A stretch of DNA of 64,000 nucleotides from Nymphaea colorata. Lineage: Eukaryota. Under the pieces are notes generated by a model. That model was given only the letters and a program-made list of their open reading frames with translations, made no database searches and was not told the DNA's origin. The stretch covers positions 43,276,001-43,340,000 of the forward strand of contig NC_045138.2 in assembly GCF_008831285.2 (NCBI RefSeq), given 5' to 3'. The position numbers and the translations under genes were made by a program. The first letter of the stretch is position 1. Each line of letters begins with the position of its first letter. Positions 11,194 through 22,700 of this stretch are shown piece after piece.

Positions 11194-14100
11194 TGTTAAA
11201 ATAGATGTAATGGGGAACCGGGTCCATTTCTGGACCCGGTCCCATGGGGCACGGGTACCGAGGCCGGCTCGGTACCCTAGGCGGCATTCTTCTCTCCCTC
11301 CTATATAATCTTCACTTAAGTGTAATTGTGTGATTAAGTGAAAATAATTTTCTCTCTCCTAGGGTTGCGGTGTGCACCTAGGTTAGAGCTTCCCGTGGTT
11401 TTTTCCTCTTTCTGAGGTTTTTCCACGTATATCGTGTGTTCCCCTCTTCTTCTTTCGTGTGTTGCATGTTTCTACATGGTATCAGAGCCGTGAGATCGTT
11501 CGGCTTCGTCTCGTATTTTCGTAGTCGTCCTTGCACCGCAGCCGCCTGCGCCGTTAGGGTTTCCCGCGCCGCCACCATTGGGATCTTCTGCGCCGCCGCC
11601 TTCAGACGATCCAGCGCCGCCGCCTGTTGCCGCTTGTGACTTCCGCTGCCGTGGGTGTCTCCTTTTTCCGTCGTCGGTCGATCCAGCGCCCTCCCATCTT
11701 TCCGCTGCCGTGGGTGTCCAGCGCCGTCACGCCTCTGCGTCGCCGCCGTCGGGCGATCCAGCACCGTCGCCGACACCTAAGGTTCCGTGTGGTACTGGTG
11801 TTTCAGCCGCCGCCGTGCTGTCTTGTTGCTGCCTGGGGTTGTGTCTGACTTGACTGCTTGTGATGGCGGAAGAGCTTGCACCTAAAAGTGATATGGCCTT
11901 TGACGCGGGCAGCGCTCCCAAGAGCGAGATCTTGCCGGTTCAGGTCACGCCCATTCGTCTGACTAAAGACAATTATCTTTCTTGGTCTGCTGCTCTCGAG
12001 ATTGGGATAACGAGCCGTGGTCGTCTTTCCTATATCACAGGCGACAAACCGGCGCCCAGCAAAACTGATCCTCAATGGGCAACGTGGGTGTTGGAAGACA
12101 GTCAGGTTAAGGTATGGATCATCAGCTCTGTGTCTGCTGATATTCAGCCTCTTATTCTGCGAAAGCCTACTTCGTTTGATATGTGGACTGTGCTTGCAAG
12201 GATGTATGGTCGCAAGAAACGGGTTCTGCGTACGTATCAGATTAAACGCAGTATCTATTCTCTGAAACAAGGTGACCTGTCTGTTGCCTCCTTCTATGCA
12301 GCCCTGAAAACTAAGTGGGAGGAACTTGATTATCATGTGAATGATAACTGGGACTGTGGTTCTGATCATGCTCGGTACTGGGAAAAGGAATGGATGGACC
12401 GGACGTTCCTCTTCCTTGGAGGCTTGCGTGATGAGTTTGAATCCATTCGGAGTCAAATTCTCAACTGTGATGAGATTCCTGGAATAGAAGATGTTTATGC
12501 CAGAGTGGAATCAGAGGAACAAAGGCGTCAAGTGATGCAAATTGACCCTAGTCACGGGACTGGTCCCTCGGCCTTTGTTAGCCGTTCTTCTGTGTCTGGA
12601 CCACGCCCTGTTAGGCGATGTACACATTGTCACAAATCAGGACATTCTGTTGACTTTTGTTGGGATCTTCACCCTGAGAAGAGACTTGTTCGTGGTCGCC
12701 CTCCGTCTAGTCGGCGAGGTCCTCTTGTGCAGGACTCAACTCAGAGTGGTTCTTCAAGTGGTGAAAAATCGAGGCTTTCCCCTGATCAAATCAAGGAACT
12801 ACAAGCTTACATCAGTCGCCTTTCTACTACGTCAGAGGACACATCTACGTCTGATGGAGTTAAATTAGCTCAGGCTCTTGTTGCTACAAGTGATCAAGGT
12901 AATTCCTCTCCTGGTGATTGGATTGTTGACAGTGGGGCTACTCATCATATGACCGGGGACCCTAAGATGTTTCAAGAATACAAGTTGACTTCTGGGCAGC
13001 AGCGTGTTTCTATGGCTGATGGTTCTTCTATTTCTGTGGCTGGAAAAGGGAGTTTCTCATTACTGAACAAATATTGTCTTCATAATGCCCTGCATGTTCC
13101 TAATATTCCCGTGAATTTGTTATCTGTCAGCAGTATTACCAAAGAGCTAAACTGTAATCTAATATTTTCTGCTGATCGTTGTGTACTGCAGGACTTGGGG
13201 ACGGGGCAGAAGATTGGGATTGGTTCGGCTATTGATGGTCTCTACAGAATGCCAGTACAGGTTGCCTCTGCTTTGATTTCAGCCACCAGTGGACAGTTAT
13301 CTGACGTGGAGGACAGATCCGCTATTATGCGCTGGCACGAGAGACTTGGTCATCTTCCTTTTCAGTTGATTAAACAATTGTTTCCTAAGATGTTTCGGTC
13401 TGTTTCTTTGGACACCTTCGCCTGTGAAGTGTGTCAGTTGTCTAAGCATGTTAGGGCCTCGTACCCTATTTCGTTCAATAAAACCAGCCGTCCTTTTGCT
13501 TTGGTTCACACTGATGTTTGGGGTCCTTCGGAAGTGCCCACCGGTCGTGGTTTTCGTTATTTCATGACTCTTATCGATGACTACTCTCGTTGTACGTTCG
13601 TGTACTTGTTGAAAGAACGTAGTGAGGTTCCCGGCATTGTCAAAAACTTCGTTGCATTTGTTGAAACTCAATTCCAAACCCCTGTTCAGACCCTTCGTAC
13701 TGACAATGCTCGAGAGTATGTCTCCTTATCCCTTGATGACTTCTTGCGAAGCAAAGGTATTATACATGAAACATCCTGTAGCTACACACCTCCTCAGAAT
13801 GGCGTGGCTGAAAGGAAGAACCGTCATTTGTTAAATGTCACCCGGGCCCTTATGTTTCAACGTCATGTCCCTAAGCGGTATTGGGGTGATGCACTTCTCA
13901 CTAGTGCTCATCTCATTAACCGTATGCCTACTCGTGTGTTGAATGGACATTCCCCTTATTCTGTTTTGTGGCCTAATCAGAGTCCCTGGCCTTTGACCCC
14001 TCGGGTGTTTGGGTGTATTTGCTTTGTCCATGATCATAGTCCCACTCTCAAGAAACTTGATCCTCGGTCCATCAAAGCGGTCTTTTTGGGGTATTCCTCC

Positions 14101-16441
14101 ACTCAGAAGGGATACAAGTGTGTTGACCCTAGCACTTCCAGAGTCTATGTCTCCAAGGATGTTACCTTTCATGAACACGAGGCATACTTTCCTGCGAATC
14201 CTCTTCAGGGGGAGTGTTTAGGTGAGAGAGTGGACGAGTATTCTTCGCATCAGTTGATTCAGTTCACAGATTTCTTGGATTACACGGCTAGTTCTCCGAG
14301 TGTGAGTGTGGATGACACAGTCAGTGAGGACAGAGACAGTCAGATGGAAGGGGGCCCTGTGGAAGAACAGTCCCGTGATCATTTGTTTGGTCAGGTATAC
14401 ACCAGGAAGAAGAATGATGTGATGGAGGTTGTTGATGTTACCAATCCCGATCTTGTGAGCTCCCCGAATGATCCAAGTCCAATGAATGAAGATCTTCCCA
14501 TAGCCCTACGCAAAGGCACCAGGTCATGTACTTCTCACCCTATTCAGAGATTTGTCTCGTATGCTAAACTCAGTAAAGACTACAAGTGCTTTATTACCTC
14601 TTTATCTATGGCTGTTATTCCCAGGTCAGTGGAGGATGCCAGGGAGGATCCCAAATGGCTACAGGCCATGACAGAGGAGATGGACGCCCTGGCAAAGAAC
14701 AATACGTGGGAGGTTGTTGATATTCCTAATGGAACTCACTTAGTTGGTTCCAAGTGGGTGTTTACTGTGAAGTACAAACCTGATGGCACTGTAGAACGCT
14801 ATAAAGCTCGTCTTGTTGCAAAGGGGTTTAGCCAGAAATATGGGATTGACTATCTTGAGACGTTCGCTCCCGTTGCTAAACTGAAGACAGTAAGGGTCAT
14901 CTTAGCTCTGGCAGTACAAAAGAAGTGGAGCATGGACCAACTTGATGTCAAGAACGCCTTTTTGAATGGGCACCTTGAGGAAGAAGTCTATATGAGCATG
15001 CCGCCTGGATATGCGCAGAAAGGAAAGTGTTGTTATCTCAAGAAAGCATTGTATGGCCTCAAGCAGTCCCCTAGAGCGTGGTTTGAAAGACTAAGGGTTG
15101 TGATGAAGACTAATGGATATAAACAGGGAAATGGTGATCACACCCTCTTCATCAAGCAGAGAAATGGTCTGGTGAGCCTCCTACTAGTATATGTTGATGA
15201 TATGATTGTCACAGGTGATGACGAAGAAGAAAAAAGGAAGATGAAAGAAACGTTAGCTGCTGAATTTGACCTCAAAGATTTGGGTAAACTGAGGTATTTT
15301 TTGGGAATTGAGATTGCTAGATCTGAGACTGGTCTTGTTATGAGCCAAAGGAAATACACTTTGGACCTTCTAAAAGAGACAGGTAAACTGGGATGCAGGC
15401 CCTTTCTTACTCCAATGGAGTCTGGCACAAGGATAAGTATCAAAACTGGGACGATCTTGGATGAGGAAGGAAAAGGGAGGTATCAGCGGCTGGTTGGTAA
15501 ACTCATTTATCTCACCCTTACTCGCCCGGATATTACGTATGCTGTGGGTGTGTTAAGTCAGTTTATGCATGCCCCTACTGATTGTCATTGGAAAAGTGCT
15601 GAAAGAGTATTGGGATACCTAAAGAATGACCCAGGGAAAGGACTGCTCTATACTCGACAAAGTCAACTCAGTATTGAAGGATACTCTGACGCCGACTGGG
15701 CAGGTTGCACAGATACTAGAAGGTCTACCACAGGATACTGCATCTTTCTTGGAGGTAACCTGGTAGTATGGAGAAGTAAAAGACAAGAAGTTTGTTCCAG
15801 GTCCAGTGCTGAGGCTGAATACAGGGCGGTTGCCATGGGGGTTACAGAAATGTTATGGCTCAAAATTCTGTTAGCAGATATTGGGGTGAAAATGGAAGAG
15901 AAGATGAGGATGTATTGTGACAACAAGTCGGCTATTAACTTGGCAAACAATCCAGTCTTGCACGACAGAACCAAACATGTGGAGATCGATCGCCATTTCA
16001 TACGGGAACGCATAGATTCTAAGGAGTTGATCCTGCCCTACATGAAGTCTGAAGATCAAGTTGCTGATGTTTTAACTAAGTCTTTATGTACATCTCAGTT
16101 TGAAAAAAATGTTAGCAAGCTTGGCATGTTTGACATGTATGCCAAGCTTGAGGGGGAGTGTTAAAATAGATGTAATGGGGAACCGGGTCCATTTCTGGAC
16201 CCGGTCCCATGGGGCATGGGTACCGAGGCCGGCTCGGTACCCTAGGCGGCATTCTTCTCTCCCTCCTATATAATCTTCACTTAAGTGTAATTGTGTGATT
16301 AAGTGAAAATAATTTTCTCTCTCCTAGGGTTGCGGTGTGCACCTAGGTTAGAGCTTCCCGTGGTTTTTTCCTCTTTCTGAGGTTTTTCCACGTATATCGT
16401 GTGTTCCCCTCTTCTTCTTTCGTGTGTTGCATGTTTCTACA
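11194..16441 (+). mobile_element. Intact Ty1/copia (Ale-like) LTR retrotransposon, family B copy B1
   Basis: 283-bp LTRs at 11194-11476 and 16159-16441 with one mismatch by eye. TSD ATCAA on both sides, PBS TGGTATCAGAGCC (tRNA-iMet) at 11477, PPT before 16159, and a single uninterrupted ORF. Confidence 0.98.
11863..16164 (+). CDS. Copia Gag-Pol polyprotein (Gag with CCHC knuckle, protease, GAG-pre-integrase, integrase, RT, RNase H)
   Basis: About 1433-aa ORF with CTHCHKSGHSVDFC, WIVDSGAT, WHERLGH, QNGVAERKNRHL, YVDD and DADWAG. The domain order PR-IN-RT-RH is diagnostic of copia. The stop codon lies inside the 3' LTR. Confidence 0.97.
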   Translation: MAEELAPKSDMAFDAGSAPKSEILPVQVTPIRLTKDNYLSWSAALEIGITSRGRLSYITGDKPAPSKTDPQWATWVLEDSQVKVWIISSVSADIQPLILRKPTSFDMWTVLARMYGRKKRVLRTYQIKRSIYSLKQGDLSVASFYAALKTKWEELDYHVNDNWDCGSDHARYWEKEWMDRTFLFLGGLRDEFESIRSQILNCDEIPGIEDVYARVESEEQRRQVMQIDPSHGTGPSAFVSRSSVSGPRPVRRCTHCHKSGHSVDFCWDLHPEKRLVRGRPPSSRRGPLVQDSTQSGSSSGEKSRLSPDQIKELQAYISRLSTTSEDTSTSDGVKLAQALVATSDQGNSSPGDWIVDSGATHHMTGDPKMFQEYKLTSGQQRVSMADGSSISVAGKGSFSLLNKYCLHNALHVPNIPVNLLSVSSITKELNCNLIFSADRCVLQDLGTGQKIGIGSAIDGLYRMPVQVASALISATSGQLSDVEDRSAIMRWHERLGHLPFQLIKQLFPKMFRSVSLDTFACEVCQLSKHVRASYPISFNKTSRPFALVHTDVWGPSEVPTGRGFRYFMTLIDDYSRCTFVYLLKERSEVPGIVKNFVAFVETQFQTPVQTLRTDNAREYVSLSLDDFLRSKGIIHETSCSYTPPQNGVAERKNRHLLNVTRALMFQRHVPKRYWGDALLTSAHLINRMPTRVLNGHSPYSVLWPNQSPWPLTPRVFGCICFVHDHSPTLKKLDPRSIKAVFLGYSSTQKGYKCVDPSTSRVYVSKDVTFHEHEAYFPANPLQGECLGERVDEYSSHQLIQFTDFLDYTASSPSVSVDDTVSEDRDSQMEGGPVEEQSRDHLFGQVYTRKKNDVMEVVDVTNPDLVSSPNDPSPMNEDLPIALRKGTRSCTSHPIQRFVSYAKLSKDYKCFITSLSMAVIPRSVEDAREDPKWLQAMTEEMDALAKNNTWEVVDIPNGTHLVGSKWVFTVKYKPDGTVERYKARLVAKGFSQKYGIDYLETFAPVAKLKTVRVILALAVQKKWSMDQLDVKNAFLNGHLEEEVYMSMPPGYAQKGKCCYLKKALYGLKQSPRAWFERLRVVMKTNGYKQGNGDHTLFIKQRNGLVSLLLVYVDDMIVTGDDEEEKRKMKETLAAEFDLKDLGKLRYFLGIEIARSETGLVMSQRKYTLDLLKETGKLGCRPFLTPMESGTRISIKTGTILDEEGKGRYQRLVGKLIYLTLTRPDITYAVGVLSQFMHAPTDCHWKSAERVLGYLKNDPGKGLLYTRQSQLSIEGYSDADWAGCTDTRRSTTGYCIFLGGNLVVWRSKRQEVCSRSSAEAEYRAVAMGVTEMLWLKILLADIGVKMEEKMRMYCDNKSAINLANNPVLHDRTKHVEIDRHFIRERIDSKELILPYMKSEDQVADVLTKSLCTSQFEKNVSKLGMFDMYAKLEGEC

Positions 16442-16852
16442 ATCAAGATGGATAAGCATAAAAAAAGTACATCAAATAACTTTTCATGTGAAAGTCGATC
16501 TTAACTTTCTAAAGTCCAAATGCTTATTTGAAATTGCATGTAAGGCACAAGAGTGTCAGTTTCCATGTGGAGACACACGAGCTTTTATTCTTTTAGATAA
16601 TTTTAGAGCATAGCCACAAGCATCAGTCTTGGATTTTTCTCAAAATATGAAATCTTAAAGACGTTTTTTTTTGTTTTTCTTTTCTTTTTTTTTTTTGTTT
16701 TATCGCGATATATTTTTGAAATATTGTGATATTTGCAGCTATGTTTTAGAGTGTCTAGATTCAAATCTTCATAAGCCATTACTTTAAATATGGTGTAAAT
16801 AGAGCATGAAACTATGAAATTCAAATTTACAGAAGTGGATAAGGCCATTTGG

Positions 16853-17225
16853 CTAAGTCACATGGGTGCGGGTGCGGATACGGGTACGGACACGGCAATT
16901 TTCACAATTCTCGGATACGCGGATACGGCAAATATAATATTATCAAAAATTATAAATTAAAAAAAAAACATTAAATTAATAATTCACTCTTAAAGTCACA
17001 AACAAAACATTGTTTATCAATATCTTCATTCTAGTCATTTATCAGAAAAAAAAAAAATCCAAAGAGAAAGGGAGAAGAACTCAACTTAACTTAAAATCTG
17101 TTTTTTTTTTGTTCGGATCGGGTCTGATTCAGACCCGATCCAAAACGTATCCATGCCGTATCCGCACCCGTATCCCCGTATTGACACGGATACTTGGGCC
17201 AAATAGGCGTATCCGTGTGACTTAG
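16853..17225. mobile_element. hAT-superfamily MITE, 373 bp (related subfamily)
   Basis: TIRs CTAAGTCACA / TGTGACTTAG, 8-bp TSD CCATTTGG (16845-16852 and 17226-17233), and GGATACGG/CCGTATCC subterminal repeats. Confidence 0.92.
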
Positions 17226-17471
17226 CCATTTGGTACCTTGATGTAAGGTTTGTTTACCATTTCACTTCATTATGCTATTTGATGGTGAGAATTACAAGCA
17301 TCCATAGTAAAATTAACATGGAGGATTTCAAGAAAATGGATGATGCATGTTAGAGTACATTTAATATGACAACTACCACTAAAAAGAATTTGACACTTTG
17401 GAAGATACACCAGAGGCTGCAACCATAAAGGTCCAGAGAAGCAAAATGATGAAGGGATTCCATTTACATAC

Positions 17472-17589
17472 AGATGGTGATTCAAGACCTTGTCCAATCA
17501 TGAAAAGCACTGCAACAATGCATCTTACTTGGTGCCACAAGAAGGCAGTACCTTTAATTTGTATTGCCCACAGCTCATTATCATAGAAC
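17472..17589 (-). CDS. PUS3: tRNA pseudouridine(38/39) synthase, exon 3 visible (RFYDNELWAIQIKGTAFLWHQVRCIVAVLFMIGQGLESPS)
   Basis: GTGCAG acceptor and GTATGT donor, 118 bp, phase 2-0. G-x-AFLWHQVRC is the TruA-family motif in its Pus3/Deg1 form. Confidence 0.95.
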
Positions 17590-19707
17590 CTGCACATGTT
17601 CAAAGACAATGAAACAAGCAAAGGAATACATGAACTACAATGTTTCACTGTCCTGGTGTGCATACAAATGCATCCATGATCCAATTAGTGTTAAATGAAT
17701 TAAAAAGGGATAGATGAACTTGGTTCATACACACACAAACATATACAACAATTATCCGCACATGCAATCCAGTTGCACTTTTTATTATTTTCATTTTTCT
17801 ATTTAATCCTTGAAATGAAGTAGATCCCAAACAAAGGTAGCAACTTCAAAAATCATGACAGGTCCACACAAACCTAGAGGACTTCATAACCCTCCTAAGA
17901 CACACAAAGTGTGCTCCTCAAAGAGCTCACACAAAAGAACACAATGAGCAAAAAATAGATCAGATTTATTAGAACAAAAAGGTTTCAAAAGCCTAACCAC
18001 AATAATAAGCAAGGTGTCAATGATGACAAATAATCTTCTTAGAAGACTCATAATTTTGTTTGAAGTGAGGAGGTATATACCCTTTGGCACTTGATCCATA
18101 TCCTTAGGCTGCCAACACACAATCGCTTCTTGATTTAGAATTTAATAGTCTATTTTCTTCCATGATGGACTAGGCAATTGCCTTTAGGATAGATGGAGAA
18201 TGTTATTGATGGAAAGAAGATGATTTGATGCCATAACTCAGGTCAATAGCCAATGACAAATTTGTAAAATTGTTCTCCTTTTAGTTGTGGAAGACATACA
18301 CTAATATCACGATGACCAACCCACTTGGGCTCAAAAAGAGTAAGTTTATCCCAGGATGAGTAAGCTTTATAACCCTGAATGGACTCATTCCCTTGTTGCT
18401 TGTACATGACCTTTTCTTGGATGTTGCATTTATGAGCAATATCTTTCAAAGTATCCATGTAATGTTTGGCGTTTTTAGGGTGTCGGGCACTTGGATAAGG
18501 GTCCAAATCTGGACCAAGAATGCCACCCACGTGAAGAGGGTGGCCCAACGCTGGGGGTCACTCTCTTCGTCTTTCGCTGTTTGGGGTTTGGCACAGAGGA
18601 ACATGTGGATGAAGAAGAAGCAGCAGAAGAAGTTGAAGGTGAAGAACACAATGGAGGTTGAGGAAGAGAAGGAGGAGGCACAGAGCAACAGGTTAGCTTT
18701 TTTCCCCCTTTCTCTTCCTCTCCCTCTCAACCATGCCTCCCCTGCCTAAACTCTCTCACTTTCTCTGCTCACCCCCTCTCGTTCACCCGAGTTCTCTCGC
18801 CCTCACCATCTCTCACTCTCGCTCCCTCTTTGTACGCTCCCTCACCCACTCACTCACCTCATGACCCTCTCGAGCTCTCTCTCAACCGAGCCCTCTCTCA
18901 CTGACTTCCCCCTAGTCTTCCACACTCTCCCCCTTTCATCTGTTTTTCCCTTGCCCCCTGTCCCTTTCTTGGTTTCTCTCTATCGCTGTCCTCCTCTCTC
19001 GTGTGTCTCTCTCAGTTGAACCCCCTGTCGTCCTCTCACATGCTCCCTCAATCTCGCCCAAGCTCCCTCGTACAAACTCTCTCTCACACACCTCCTTCAT
19101 CTGAGCATCATTCTATGTTGGCTCTCCCTCTCAACCGAATGCTCTCTTCGATTGTCAGATTTCTCTCTCACTCTCCCTTTTGCTCATTCTCACCCTCTTT
19201 GGTGTCGTTGGGTTGGATTGCAGCTAGGGGAATATGTCTTTCCACTCATACCAGCAAATAGAGTGTTAAAGGTAACTGCAGCATAGAGTCTTTGGCGTTT
19301 GGTTATTCGTTGAGCATTTGGAGTGGCTGCCGGGGACACCAACAACAGCTAAGACCCTATAAAAAGGGTGAATATGGCTAAACAAGCCTAATTTTACTGA
19401 ATTTTTGTCCTAAGAATGTATATAATTATCTTTTGAGCATGATATTTAAGGGCAGTTAAGGAGCATGATAGAGATTTTGATAATGTTAGGAAGGTTTAGG
19501 ACTGTTTTAACAAACTCTTAATGTATGCTAGTTTTAACGAACTCTTAATGTATGCTACTATTAATATGAATATTACGTTGCTTGTGGGGAAAAGGTACTG
19601 AAGTTGGTTTGTGGATTAAATTTACGGTTTGAAGGAAAGACGAAACATTTCAGTTATTAGGATCCGGATGTGCACTAGGGTGCGAAGCAAACACCCTTTT
19701 TTGGGTG

Positions 19708-22700
19708 TGTTACGAGAGAGAGAGAGAGTCGAAAAAATTAATCTCATTGCGTGACCCTAATCTCTATTAAAAGAGATTAGGGTTAGAGGATTTACAAAAG
19801 TAGTCCAATAGAAATAAGAAAGCATTTAAAGAGCTCCTCCCTAACTTCCTAATATTTCAAAAAACCCCTTTTGCATCTTTAACACTCCCCCTCAAGCTGG
19901 AGCATATATATCAATCATGCTCAGCTTGTTACAACATCTCAGAAATCGCCTATGGGAAGAGCTTTGGTGAGGATATCTGCTGCCTGATCTTCTGAGGAGA
20001 CATGAATAGTGCTAACAATTCCTCCTTGAACTAAGTCTCGAATATAGTAGCAATCCACTTCAATGTGTTTAGTCCTCTCATGGAAGACAGGATTGTTAGC
20101 AATATATGTAGCTGCCTTGTTGTCACAATACATCTGCATTGAGAGATTCACTGAAACACCCAACTCCAACAATAGTGATCTAACCCACGACATTTCAGCC
20201 GCAGTTTGAGCCATAGCCCTATATTCTGACTCAGCACTAGAACAAGCCACAACATTCTGCTTCTTGCTCCTCCAGGAAATAAGATTACTGCCCACAAAGA
20301 CACAAAAACCGATAGTAAACTTCTTGTCAACTACAGACCCTGCATAATCAGCATCACTATACGCTTCAATGTCAACACATGCTCCCTTTTTGAACCATAA
20401 CCCTTTTCCCGGGGATGATTTCAAGTATCTGACAATCATTAGAGCAGCATCCCAATGAACCTTCTGGGGTTTTTCCATGAACTGGCTTAACTTATTCACA
20501 GCAAAGCTAATGTCGGGGTGAGTGACAGTCAAATATAACAGTTTCCCTATCAGGTAAGATCTAGAGTCAAATGGCTCTGAGTCATCATCATGTATATGAA
20601 TGCGGGGATTCATGGGAAGTGTGGCAGACTTAGCCCCCAATAGTCCTGTTTCCTGCAGAAGATCAAGGCATATTTCTTTTGAGACACTACAACTCCTTTA
20701 TTACTACGAGCCACCTCAATAGCAAGGAAATAACGAAGTTGTCCAAGATCTTTTGTAACAAAGTGTTACTGTAAAAACTCCTTTGTTTGAGTTATCTCTT
20801 GATCATTTTCCTCAGTAAAAACAATATCATCCACGTAGACAATCAATATCACAAGTCCTGCTGAGTCTCGCTTGATAAACAATGAGTGATCAAGCTGGGA
20901 TCGACAAAATCCACACTTAGATAACACTTCAGTAAGTTTCTGGGCCATGCACGGGGGGACTCTGTTTAAGTCCATAAATAGCCTTCTTTAATTTGCATAC
21001 CTTGGAACACTCCCCCTATCGCTCAAAACCAGGTGGTTGTTGCATATAGACGATTTCAGAAAGGTTTCCATATAGAAAGGCATTTTTCACATCCAGCTGA
21101 AAAAGAGGTCATTCTCGTTGGACAGCAAGAGATATAATCAGTCGAAAAGTGCCCAACCGAGCCACAGGCGAAAATGTCTCAAAGAAGTCAATACCATAAG
21201 TCTGAGTATACCCTTTTGCGACAAGACGGGCCTTGAACCGTTCAACTGAACCATCAGAGTGATACTTGATGGTGAATACCCATCGTGATCCAACCACATC
21301 ACAGTGTGTCGGGGGGTCTACCAAATCCCAAGTCCCCCGAGAATGAAGAGCATCCATTTCCTCCTGCATAGCTTGTCGCCAACGTGGATCTAACAAGGCG
21401 TGATGGTGAGAAGACGGGATAACATGACTAGATATAGCTTGATCAAACTGCACTAGACTTGTACTCAGATGGGCAGTAGAGACAGAATTAGAAATAGGAT
21501 GTAATGTGCACTGTCGCTTGCCTTTGCGAATGGCAATAGGAAGATCTGCTGCAGAATAGTCATCATTTAAACCTGAGTCAGTCTTATCAGTGGAGCTTAC
21601 CTCTTGAGACGATGCTGGCGGACGGTTGAGAGAGGGACCTAGACGACGAGTGTAAACCAACGGAGGCTCAAGAAAACGTTCATGTGACCTAGGTTGAGAT
21701 AGTGGAAAAGACTCAAGTGACACTGGTGGAATAGGAAGTGGTATAGGGGCATGCATCTCAGATGAAGAGAGACTTGACGAAGGAAAATAGCGACGAAACT
21801 CAAAGAAGGTAACATTCGCACTGATAATGTCTTTCTTAGTCAGGGGATCAAAGCATTTATACCCCTTTTGATTGGTTGAATAGCCAATAAAGACACATTT
21901 GATGGCTTGGGCAGCAAGTTTAGTCTTGTTCGGGCCTAGGATGTGTGCAAAGCAAGTGCATCCAAAAACTTTGGGAGGTAAATGAAATAATGAACGTCCT
22001 GGATATAGAATTTGAATTGGAATACGGTCTTGAATGGAGGAAGAAGGTAATCTATTAATAAGATAACATGCAGTAAGAATAGCATCACTCCAAAAATAGG
22101 CAGGCATGTGAGAATGTAACGTGAGGGTACAAGCGACGTTTAGGAGTTGTCGATGTTCGCATTCGGCTACACCATTTTGCTGGGACGTATGTGGACAAGT
22201 ATATTGAGGTCGAATTCCATGGTCGGCATAAAACTGAAGTAGAATGGAAGACTTGAATTCAAGATCATTATCAGTGCGAATATTTTTGACAATGAGTCCA
22301 AACTGAGTTTTTATTTCCTTGACAAACTTTTGAAGAATACATATGACTTTAGATCTTTCCCTTAACAAGAAGACCCAACTGACTCTAGTAAAATCATCAA
22401 CTAGAACAAGATAATATCGAAAACATGACCGAAAAGGAACCTGACTAGGACCCATACATCCACATGAATGAGATCAAAAGGACTCTGACTCGAAGGACTC
22501 TGACTCAAAGGAAAGCTGCCCCGTGTATGCTTGCCCAGCTGACAGGCATCACATAAGAAGGACTCTGATGCAGGAATATCTGGAAACATGCGATGAAGTT
22601 TTGGTACTGAAGGATGACCCAGTCTGAGATGCCATTGGAAGGGAGAAGGCTTGAAAGGGACTGAAGATGCAGCAACATCAACTGGGATTGACAAAAAATA

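Noticed and set aside
11477..11489. tRNA-like sequence TGGTATCAGAGCC
   Set aside because: It is a primer-binding site complementary to the tRNA-iMet 3' end, not a tRNA gene.
11803..12456. Antisense ORFs over copia gag-pol (also 13297-13677, 13831-14178, 15138-15443 and equivalents in B2/B3)
   Set aside because: Shadow frames of the conserved sense ORF; they recur only because the copies are similar.
17900..18450. Possible very degenerate minus-strand LINE endonuclease remnant
   Set aside because: Only a faint resemblance (SRSDCVL); cannot be supported without a profile search.
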